From: Chloroflexota bacterium
GTDB lineage: Bacteria; Chloroflexota; Anaerolineae; J036; Brachytrichaceae
Direction of reading: 5' to 3'
DNA length: 64,000 nt
NCBI GenBank assembly: GCA_023382055.1
Contig: JAMCQN010000141.1
Coordinates: 13,613-77,612, forward strand
Below, in pieces: positions 35,749 to 43,649 of the stretch. A program made the position numbers and the translations under genes. The notes below the pieces were generated by a model. It saw nothing but the letters and a program-made list of their open reading frames with translations, was not told the origin of the DNA and did no database searches. Within the stretch, counting starts at the first letter, position 1. Every line of letters begins with the position of its first letter.

Positions 35749-36936
35749 ATGGCAAGTAATCGAGGTGTTGTTTATATCAAACCAGGTGTTGTTGAAGTCC
35801 AGAGCATTGACTTCCCGAAGCTGGAGCTTGGCAAACGGAAGTGCCGGCATGGCGTGATCCTGAAGATCATCTCAACGAACATCTGTGGCAGCGACCAGCA
35901 CATGGTTCGAGGGCGCACAACAGCCCCTGAAGGCCTGGTGCTCGGGCATGAAATCACCGGCGAGGTGATCGAGGCCGGGAGCGATGTTGAGTTTATAAAA
36001 GTGGGCGATATCGTTTCCGTTCCCTTTAACATCGCCTGCGGGCGTTGCCGCAACTGTAAGGAAGGCAAAACTGGGATCTGCTTGAATGTGAATCCGGCGC
36101 GCCCGGGCGCCGCATACGGATATGTGGACATGGGCGGCTGGGTCGGCGGACAGGCGGAATTCGTGATGGTCCCCTATGCCGATTTCAATCTCCTGAAGTT
36201 GCCGAAAGAACGCGCAATGGAGAAAATCAAGGACCTGACGCTCCTCTCCGATATTTTCCCGACCGGCTATCATGGCGCGGTGAATGCCGGCGTCGGTCCG
36301 GGATCGATCGTGTATGTCGCCGGCGCTGGACCCGTGGGTCTGGCCTGTGCGGCATCCTGTCATCTGCTCGGCGCAGCAGTGGTCATTGTAGGCGATATGA
36401 TCCCTGAGCGGCTGGCGCAGGCGCGCAGCTTCGGCTGCGAGACAATCGACCTGAAGAAGAATGCGACGCTGGCGGAGCAGATCGAGTCGATTGTCGGCGC
36501 GCCCGAAGTGGATTGCGCCGTGGACTGTGTTGGATTTGAGGCGCACGGCCACGGCGACGAGGCCGGGAAGGAACGACCGGCAACTGTTCTGAACTCGATT
36601 ATGGCTGTCACACGCGCGGGTGGTTCGCTCGGGATACCCGGCTTATATGTCACCGGCGACCCGGGCGCGGTGGATGCCAATGCCAGGATTGGCATGCTGG
36701 GCATCCGGATTGGTCTGGGATGGGCCAAGTCGCATTCCTTCCACACCGGCCAGACGCCGGTGATGAAGTATCATCGCCAGTTGATGAACGCAATCCTTTA
36801 CGACAGGGTGCAGATTGCCAGGGCGGTCAATGTTACGGTTATCACATTGGACGATGCGCCCAGGGGATATCGCGATTTCGATAAAGGCGCTGCGCGCAAG
36901 TTTGTGCTGGACCCGCATGCGATGATTCCGGCTTGA
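35749..36936 (+). CDS. fdhA: glutathione-independent formaldehyde dehydrogenase (Zn-dependent MDR)
   Basis: MASNRGVVYIKPGVVEV..., NICGSDQHMVRG, GHEITGEV and the CGRCRNCKEGKTGIC structural-Zn cluster are present. Length is about 395 aa. A GGAGG RBS lies before the ATG at 35749. Confidence 0.8.
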   Translation: MASNRGVVYIKPGVVEVQSIDFPKLELGKRKCRHGVILKIISTNICGSDQHMVRGRTTAPEGLVLGHEITGEVIEAGSDVEFIKVGDIVSVPFNIACGRCRNCKEGKTGICLNVNPARPGAAYGYVDMGGWVGGQAEFVMVPYADFNLLKLPKERAMEKIKDLTLLSDIFPTGYHGAVNAGVGPGSIVYVAGAGPVGLACAASCHLLGAAVVIVGDMIPERLAQARSFGCETIDLKKNATLAEQIESIVGAPEVDCAVDCVGFEAHGHGDEAGKERPATVLNSIMAVTRAGGSLGIPGLYVTGDPGAVDANARIGMLGIRIGLGWAKSHSFHTGQTPVMKYHRQLMNAILYDRVQIARAVNVTVITLDDAPRGYRDFDKGAARKFVLDPHAMIPA

Positions 36937-37021
36937 ACATCGCCTTGTGCTGTTGTTAACCATGCCGTCAGAGCCAGCGGCGCACCCGATGTGGCGCTGA
37001 TCTGACGGCTGGCAGTGTCAA

Positions 37022-37312
37022 ATGCGACATTTCATCATTGAATTGACTTATACCGTTCCATTTGAGGACCTTGCGGACACTTTGCCCGCACATCGCGCGT
37101 TTCTACAACCCGCCTACGATCGCGAACTGGTGCTGTTCAGCGGTCCACAACTGCCGAAAGCAGGCGGAGTCATCGTGATGCGAATGGAGTCAATGGACGA
37201 GGTCAAGGCATTTTTCGTGCATGACCCCTTCCATGTGCGTGGACTGGCCACCTATCGTTTTATTGAGATCGATATGGTGAAGCGCCAGCCATTCATGGAT
37301 CGCTGGTCCTGA
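37022..37312 (+). CDS. YciI family protein
   Basis: 96 aa, MRHFIIELTY...HRAFL...GP...DPF..., which fits the YciI-like ferredoxin-fold pattern. Confidence 0.7.
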   Translation: MRHFIIELTYTVPFEDLADTLPAHRAFLQPAYDRELVLFSGPQLPKAGGVIVMRMESMDEVKAFFVHDPFHVRGLATYRFIEIDMVKRQPFMDRWS

Positions 37313-37529
37313 TTTATAAGCGCCCCGAGCATCTGTGGTATGATGCAGCGTTCGTTGCTGTGGTGTAGTGTGAATGAATCGTTTGTAGTACACCGCGGTT
37401 ATCGCATCAATCTGCACCCGGCGATAATGCAGCCCATTGTAATGATGGACATGCGTTTGTATTGCACCAGCCGCGTCGGTCCCCAAAATGGACGCAGAAA
37501 ATGTTTGTGCTGGTGTATACAAGGACTAA

Positions 37530-38888
37530 ATGTTATTCTCTGATTTCGCGCTTGATGCACGCCTGCAGCAAGCCATAAAAGCCGCCGGGTATGAGTCGCC
37601 GACTCCCATACAGGAAAAAACGATTCCCATTGGATTGGAGGGGCGCGATATTGTCGGCACTGCGCAGACAGGCACGGGCAAGACCGCAGCCTTCGTGCTG
37701 CCGATTCTTCAGCGCCTGCTGACCCAACCGTTGCCAGGTAAACGCCGCCAGACCCGCGCACTCATCGTGACTCCCACTCGTGAACTGGCCGAACAGATCC
37801 ACGAAACCATCCGCCAACTGGCGCATTACACGACAATACGAAGCGCGACCGTATATGGCGGCGTCGGGATGGGATTGCAGGAACAGGCGCTGCGCGATGG
37901 TGTGGAGATCATCGTCGCATGCCCGGGGCGGCTGCTCGATCACATCGAGCATGGCAGGACGCTCGACGGGGTAGATATGCTGGTGCTGGATGAGGCGGAC
38001 CGCATGCTGGATATGGGCTTCCTGCCTTCGGTGAAGCGTATCCTGCAGCACCTGCCGCGCAGTCGCCGCTCGATGATGTTCTCCGCGACGTTTGCGCCTG
38101 AGCTGAACGCGCTGGCCGCCCAGATGCTGAACAAGCCGGCTCGGGTCGATGTCGGCCACGGCACGCCGCCGAAGAAGATCGCCCATGCGCTCTACCCGGT
38201 GCCGCAGCATCTGAAAACTGCCATGACCCTGTCTCTGCTCAAGGAGACCAATGCGTATTCCGCTCTGGTGTTTACGCGCACCAAGCATCGCGCTGACCGC
38301 GTGGCGCGGCAGATCAAACAGGCTGGATATAAAGTCGCAACGCTGCATTCAAACAAATCGCAAAACCAGCGCCAGCAGGCCCTGGACGGCTTCCGCTCCG
38401 GCAAAGTGCAGATTCTCGTCGCCACCGATATCGCGGCGCGCGGTCTCGATATCGCCACGGTCACGCATGTGATCAACTACGATATTCCCGATACGCCGGA
38501 CGCCTATATCCATCGCATCGGCCGGACCGGGCGCATCGAACATGAAGGGGACGCGATGACGCTGGTGACCAGCGAGGATGGCGCCATCGTACGCGATATC
38601 GAGCGGACGCTCGGCAAGCCTATCGAGCGCCGCACGATAAACGACTTTGACTACAAGAGTCCGCCGCCGTTGCGTGAGTCAGGCCAGAATGGTGGAATGG
38701 CGTCTGATGCCGCCATCGGGCGCACGCTGCAGCATTCCCGCAATATTCGCACCCCCTATCAGAATGAGCGCTCCGCCAGGCAACCGACTGCGGTCATGGA
38801 TAGACCGGGTCGGCTGGCTGACACGGGTCTGCGCCGATCTCCGCTGCAACAGGGCACCTGGCGCAGTTCGCGCCGTACCCCGCGCTGA
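37530..38888 (+). CDS. DEAD-box ATP-dependent RNA helicase (RhlE-like) with a basic C-terminal tail
   Basis: Q-motif region, AQTGTGKT, PTRELA, DEAD (VLDEADRM), SAT and HRIGRTGR motifs are all present. Confidence 0.9.
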   Translation: MLFSDFALDARLQQAIKAAGYESPTPIQEKTIPIGLEGRDIVGTAQTGTGKTAAFVLPILQRLLTQPLPGKRRQTRALIVTPTRELAEQIHETIRQLAHYTTIRSATVYGGVGMGLQEQALRDGVEIIVACPGRLLDHIEHGRTLDGVDMLVLDEADRMLDMGFLPSVKRILQHLPRSRRSMMFSATFAPELNALAAQMLNKPARVDVGHGTPPKKIAHALYPVPQHLKTAMTLSLLKETNAYSALVFTRTKHRADRVARQIKQAGYKVATLHSNKSQNQRQQALDGFRSGKVQILVATDIAARGLDIATVTHVINYDIPDTPDAYIHRIGRTGRIEHEGDAMTLVTSEDGAIVRDIERTLGKPIERRTINDFDYKSPPPLRESGQNGGMASDAAIGRTLQHSRNIRTPYQNERSARQPTAVMDRPGRLADTGLRRSPLQQGTWRSSRRTPR

Positions 38889-38917
38889 GACCAGACGCCA
38901 ACTCACTTAACAAGCCG

Positions 38918-38954
38918 GAACCCGGCAGTGGACCACCACTGCCGGGTTCTTTTT
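38918..38954 (+). terminator. canonical rho-independent terminator of the helicase gene
   Basis: GAACCCGGCAGTGG (38918-38931), loop ACCA, CCACTGCCGGGTTC (38936-38949), then TTTTT (38950-38954). Confidence 0.85.
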
Positions 38955-38972
38955 GGTGTTGTTGCGTCTATG

Positions 38973-40172
38973 TTATCGCGCAGGCGATTCGCGATTCGGA
39001 CCGAAGTGCTTGAGCATGACAATGGGGTCGGTGCTGCTCGGGTTGATGATCCTGACCCCTTCCTGAGCGGCGCGGCACGAGACGAAGTACTCATCGTGGC
39101 TCAGTTGGCCGAACCGCAGCAGGGTCGGCGTCTCGACAGGCCATACTCCCAGCGTGCCGTGACCTTGCAGCATGATCAAGCCGTAGGGCCCTGCGTCGCG
39201 GATGGTAACGGTTCTGCCGGGCAATACAGTCAGCTCCTTGGCAGCGACATACTCGTTGCCGTAGACAATCCACTTTTCCACATACCCATCGCTCTGCATC
39301 TCATCGTAAGGTCTGACCGGACGCGGTTCAAGGAACTGTTCCTCTTTGAAATTCGCTTTGGTATTTGTGTCCCAGTCGATCATCGACACGAGGTAGTCCA
39401 GGTCATGCTGCAGTTCCAGCGGAACATTCTTTACGAGCAGCGACCAGTCCGTGGGGACTTCACTGACCAGCGACTGGAACATGGCGAACACGTCGCTGGC
39501 CCACTGCGGCTCGTAGGTGCATAAACTGCCTGGCGCGTGCAGCACTCCTGCGGGCACATACCACCCGGTGCCTGGCTGCAACCGGTACGCTTTGGACAAG
39601 TCGGTGATGTGGTTGTCGCCCTGATTCCAGATCTCGAGACAATGCCGGACCTGCGCTTTTGTCGTGCCGGGTTCAAGGCCGAAGAACGTGTATGGGAAGT
39701 CGGCGCCGTAATTATTGAGCTGATAGGGGAAGTAGTAGGCCTCCGGCTTTTTGACGGCGCCCACTCTCTCGGCATGTTCCTGCATCTGGTGCAGGTGATG
39801 GGGTAGTGGGCCGCGGTTATCGAAGAACTTCGAATACATCGGCCAACCATGCTGCTCCTTCCATAGCCGGTCGCCGATCAGTTCAGCACCCAGTTCCGCT
39901 ACCAGATCGCGCAGCGGAATCCTCTCGGGATGCTCATCGGCGCCATACAAAACATAGCTGAGCCCTTCGTCCGGAGTCGTCAGCGGACCGTTGTCGGCTT
40001 TGGTCGTCGAGGATAGCCACCGTTCGTCGATGCCGCCGCGGTTAGCCCCAAACGCATACAGGTCATCGGGATGCAATTTGATGCGTTTGCCGGGTATACA
40101 GAATGAGCGCGGAACCCAGACCGGAGCCAGTCTCAAGATACCTTCGCCTTGTTCTAATGCCTGATGTGTCAT
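38973..40172 (-). CDS. cupin-type sugar isomerase-like protein (type I phosphomannose isomerase-like), function uncertain
   Basis: The block YSKFFDNRGPLPHHLHQ resembles the PMI K(V/F)LD...LSIQVHP block, and there is a C-terminal beta-rich domain. The context is mannoside genes. Assignment is weak. Confidence 0.4.
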   Translation of the reverse strand: MTHQALEQGEGILRLAPVWVPRSFCIPGKRIKLHPDDLYAFGANRGGIDERWLSSTTKADNGPLTTPDEGLSYVLYGADEHPERIPLRDLVAELGAELIGDRLWKEQHGWPMYSKFFDNRGPLPHHLHQMQEHAERVGAVKKPEAYYFPYQLNNYGADFPYTFFGLEPGTTKAQVRHCLEIWNQGDNHITDLSKAYRLQPGTGWYVPAGVLHAPGSLCTYEPQWASDVFAMFQSLVSEVPTDWSLLVKNVPLELQHDLDYLVSMIDWDTNTKANFKEEQFLEPRPVRPYDEMQSDGYVEKWIVYGNEYVAAKELTVLPGRTVTIRDAGPYGLIMLQGHGTLGVWPVETPTLLRFGQLSHDEYFVSCRAAQEGVRIINPSSTDPIVMLKHFGPNRESPAR

Positions 40173-40347
40173 TTTCTACCTCGTCAGATTACTCGATTAC
40201 TGCTGCGGCTGAACATGCTGGAATGGTAATGCTACCGCCCGCACAGCCTTTTGCCAAATGGATGGCAGTTCGCGTTTCATTGGCGCATGGCGTGCTTTGA
40301 TGCTATAAGTTGACGCATATGAAAATCCTCGCCGCCGTTGGATCGTT

Positions 40348-41238
40348 ATGAGCATAGTCCCGTTCATCGATTTGCTGGAGCGTGCAGTCCGTAAACATTA
40401 TGCCATCGGCTATTACGAGTCATGGGATCAATACTCACTGGAAGCCGCCATCGAAGCCGCGGAGGAGAGCCAATCGCCTGCCATTCTCGGGTTTGGCGGC
40501 GCAGTAACCAACCAGGGCTGGCTGGATCGATATGGTGTTGAAGAACTCAGCGGGCTGGCAACCTATCTGGCTGAACACAGTTCAGTTCCAACTGCCGTGC
40601 TGTTCAATGAGGCCAGGACATTGAGCCAGGTGCTGCAAGGCTTGCATGCAGGCTGCAATGCCGTAATGCTTGACACCTCGCATCTGCCGTTCGAGGAGAA
40701 TCTGGCCTGGACGCGTAAAGTGGCTGAGGCGGCACATCCGCTGGGTGCAGCGGTTGAGGCCGAACTGGGGCGCCTGGCGGACGGCACAGACCCGCGGGTG
40801 CAGGCCGCAGGCACGCACCCGCAGGAGGCAACCATCTTCGTTGCGCAGAGCGGTGTGGACGCGCTGGCGGTATCCATCGGTAATGTTCACATCCTCACCG
40901 ACGGTGAAGCTCGCGTCAACATTGAGCTTCTGGAGACCATTCACCGCGCAGTCCGCGTGCCGCTGGTCATTCATGGCGGGACGGGATATCCAGCGTCGGC
41001 GGTGCGAGCCGCCATCGAACACGGCGTCGCCAAGTTCAACGTGGGAACGCGCCTGAAACAGGTTTATCTGGCCGGCATCAAAGAGGCCATCGAGGCCATG
41101 CCTGAGAAACCTAATGTGCATCTCTTCGTCGGCTCTCGTGAAACGGATGATGTCTTTGCCAGGGGGAAAAAGCGCCTCAAGGACGAGATAATCCGATATA
41201 TCCACCTGTATGGCTCGGCTGGCATGGCCTCGAGCTAA
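40348..41238 (+). CDS. class II (metal-dependent) ketose-bisphosphate aldolase family protein
   Basis: SPAILGFGGA, MLDTSHLPFEEN, the GNVH block and HGGTGYP block are typical of the FbaA/GatY/KbaY family. Confidence 0.8.
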   Translation: MSIVPFIDLLERAVRKHYAIGYYESWDQYSLEAAIEAAEESQSPAILGFGGAVTNQGWLDRYGVEELSGLATYLAEHSSVPTAVLFNEARTLSQVLQGLHAGCNAVMLDTSHLPFEENLAWTRKVAEAAHPLGAAVEAELGRLADGTDPRVQAAGTHPQEATIFVAQSGVDALAVSIGNVHILTDGEARVNIELLETIHRAVRVPLVIHGGTGYPASAVRAAIEHGVAKFNVGTRLKQVYLAGIKEAIEAMPEKPNVHLFVGSRETDDVFARGKKRLKDEIIRYIHLYGSAGMASS

Positions 41239-42360
41239 ATGAAAGATACAAGGTACACAATGAACTCACGCGAACGTATGATGACTGCCTTGAATAATGG
41301 CCGGCCTGACCGTTTGCCCTGCCAGGTGCACGGCTGGATGGACTACTATCTGCGGCATTACCTGGGCGGCATGGACTGGTGGCAGGCTTATGAAAAATTC
41401 GGCATGGACTATGCCATCTATGTGTCACCCAATTATCAATACTCAGATAAAGACCTGACGCATTGGCGCGTCGAAAGACATGAGTTAGGGACCGATCGGG
41501 ATGGCAATCATCGCTGGGAAGAAACCATCCTGACACCCAAAGGCAATCTGCATCATGCCGGCGCATGGAATGACATCACGCCGTGGGAGACGGAATACCT
41601 GATAAAAACCGAAGACGACTTTGCGATATGGGAAGCGTACCACCCGGCGCCGGTCGGCATCGATTTCACCCCGATACAGAAGGTCAAGGACCGCTTGCGC
41701 GACCGCGGTATCATCCGCAGCCATCCGTTCAGCCCGGGTCAGGGCAGCCCGTGGCAGAGTTTCTGCACACTGGTTGACACCGAGAAAGCCATCATGATGG
41801 CCATGGATTCACCGGATTTTCTTCATCATGCGCTTGATGTCATACTCCAGAAAACCTTGATAGTGCTGGATATGTGGAAAGGCACACCCGCCGATATGGT
41901 TGAAGTCGGCGGCGGGGCGGGTTCGAATACTGTAATCAGCCCTGCGCTGTTCAGGGAATTTTGCCTGCCCTACGACCAGAAGCAAAATGCGATGCTGCAT
42001 GAAGCCGGTCTCAAGGTCGTATACCACCTGTGCGGGGGACTGATGCACATGCTCGATCTGGTGGTTGAGACCGGCGCGGATGGACTTGAGACGATGACGC
42101 CGCCTTCAATGGGCGGCGACTGCGATCTGCGAGAAGCTTCCCGGCGCGTAGGCGACCGGCTGTTCTTTATCGGCGGTTTTGATCAGAACTCCGGTTTCGA
42201 ACACGGCACTCCGGACGTTGCGCGGCGGCAGGTGTTCGATTGTTTTGAGGCGACCAGGGACCACGCGGGCTATATCATCTCGCCTTCGGATCACTTCTTC
42301 CACGGCGATCCTGCCAACCTGCAGGCATTCGCCGATGCCGCCAAGGAATGTTTGTATTAA
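41239..42360 (+). CDS. uroporphyrinogen decarboxylase (URO-D) superfamily protein, MT2/MtaA-like branch (paralog 1)
   Basis: MNSRERMMTALNNGRPDRLP N-terminus and VYHLCGG (HxCG) block are present. The start abuts the aldolase stop. An alternative start lies at the MNSRER Met (41260). Confidence 0.7.
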   Translation: MKDTRYTMNSRERMMTALNNGRPDRLPCQVHGWMDYYLRHYLGGMDWWQAYEKFGMDYAIYVSPNYQYSDKDLTHWRVERHELGTDRDGNHRWEETILTPKGNLHHAGAWNDITPWETEYLIKTEDDFAIWEAYHPAPVGIDFTPIQKVKDRLRDRGIIRSHPFSPGQGSPWQSFCTLVDTEKAIMMAMDSPDFLHHALDVILQKTLIVLDMWKGTPADMVEVGGGAGSNTVISPALFREFCLPYDQKQNAMLHEAGLKVVYHLCGGLMHMLDLVVETGADGLETMTPPSMGGDCDLREASRRVGDRLFFIGGFDQNSGFEHGTPDVARRQVFDCFEATRDHAGYIISPSDHFFHGDPANLQAFADAAKECLY

Positions 42361-42362
42361 CG

Positions 42363-43589
42363 ATGACTAAAATGAACTCACGCGAACGTGTGCTGGCGAC
42401 ATTGAACTTTCAAACGCCCGACAGACTGCCTAAAGATATGGGCGGCATGCTGTCTACAGGCATCAGCGTCTTTGCTTACCCCAGACTTGTGAAGGCTCTG
42501 GGCTTGCCGCCGCGTTTGCCCAGGGTTTACGATACCGGCCAGATGCTGGCGATGCCTGACCTCGACGTGCTGGACGCGCTGGGTTGCGACTGTGTCGTCC
42601 AGTGTTACGGCGCAACCAATGCATTCGAGCAGACGAACTACTGGCATCCATACGATTTCAACGGCCGCCTGCCGGCGCTGGTGCACCAACCGGCTGCCTT
42701 TGAAACGCTCCCCGACGGCAGCATACTGCAGAACGGGTTGACGAAAATGGTGCCGGCATCGTATGTATTCGATGAAGCCCACGGCGGGCAACCGGTGGAC
42801 TGGACCGGCGACCTGCCCATGTACGACCTGAAGCAGTACCGCAAGGAACTTGATAAACGTTTGCTGAAAGATCAGCAAATCGTTGCGTTGCGCGATCTAT
42901 GCAAGCGTGTGCGTGAATCCAGTGACCGCGCCGTGTTCATGAGCGAGGGGTCGATCACGCCTGGCATCTCCATACATGCGCATGGCGGCATGGCGGTGTT
43001 CCCGATATTGTGTGTCACCGAACCGGATTATGTGCACGAACTGCATGATATGATCACTGGAGTCACTGAGCGGAATATCCGCATGTTAATGCCGGAGCTT
43101 GCGCCGTATGTGGATGTCGTCATGGCAGCGGCCGACGACTGGGGTACGCAGAACACGACCATCGCCTCGCCGGCGGTATTTCGCGAGCTGTTTCTGCCGT
43201 ACAGGCGCCGTATCAACGCAGCATTTCATAGCGCGGCGCCGCCGGTGAAGATATTCCTGCATACCTGCGGCGCAATCTATGACATCATCGATCTGGTTAT
43301 CGAGGCTGGCTTTGATGTGCTCAATCCCGTGCAGTGGTGCGCAGGTAAACGCTCATTCAGGGAGTGGAAAGATAAAGCGCGCGGCAGGATCGCGCTCTGG
43401 GGCGGCGGTGTGAACTCTCAGGTTACACTCCCATTGGGGTCAGTTGAAGACGTGGCGCGCGAGGCAACCGAAGTGGCCCGATATCTCAAACAGGACAACG
43501 GGTATGTCTTCTGCAATATCCATAACATCCTGGCGGAAATCGCGCCAGAAAAGGTCATTGCGATGTATCACGCAGCGGGCGCTGCTTAA
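42363..43589 (+). CDS. URO-D superfamily protein, MT2/MtaA-like branch (paralog 2)
   Basis: MTKMNSRERVLATLNFQTPDRLP N-terminus, LHTCGA (HxCG) and a distal FCNIH block are present. The alternative upstream start at 42348 would overlap the previous gene by 13 nt. Confidence 0.7.
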   Translation: MTKMNSRERVLATLNFQTPDRLPKDMGGMLSTGISVFAYPRLVKALGLPPRLPRVYDTGQMLAMPDLDVLDALGCDCVVQCYGATNAFEQTNYWHPYDFNGRLPALVHQPAAFETLPDGSILQNGLTKMVPASYVFDEAHGGQPVDWTGDLPMYDLKQYRKELDKRLLKDQQIVALRDLCKRVRESSDRAVFMSEGSITPGISIHAHGGMAVFPILCVTEPDYVHELHDMITGVTERNIRMLMPELAPYVDVVMAAADDWGTQNTTIASPAVFRELFLPYRRRINAAFHSAAPPVKIFLHTCGAIYDIIDLVIEAGFDVLNPVQWCAGKRSFREWKDKARGRIALWGGGVNSQVTLPLGSVEDVAREATEVARYLKQDNGYVFCNIHNILAEIAPEKVIAMYHAAGAA

Positions 43590-43649
43590 CGCAATCGCGA
43601 ACGCTGTTACATCGATTGTTGATATCACAGCACGGATTGATAAGAATCT

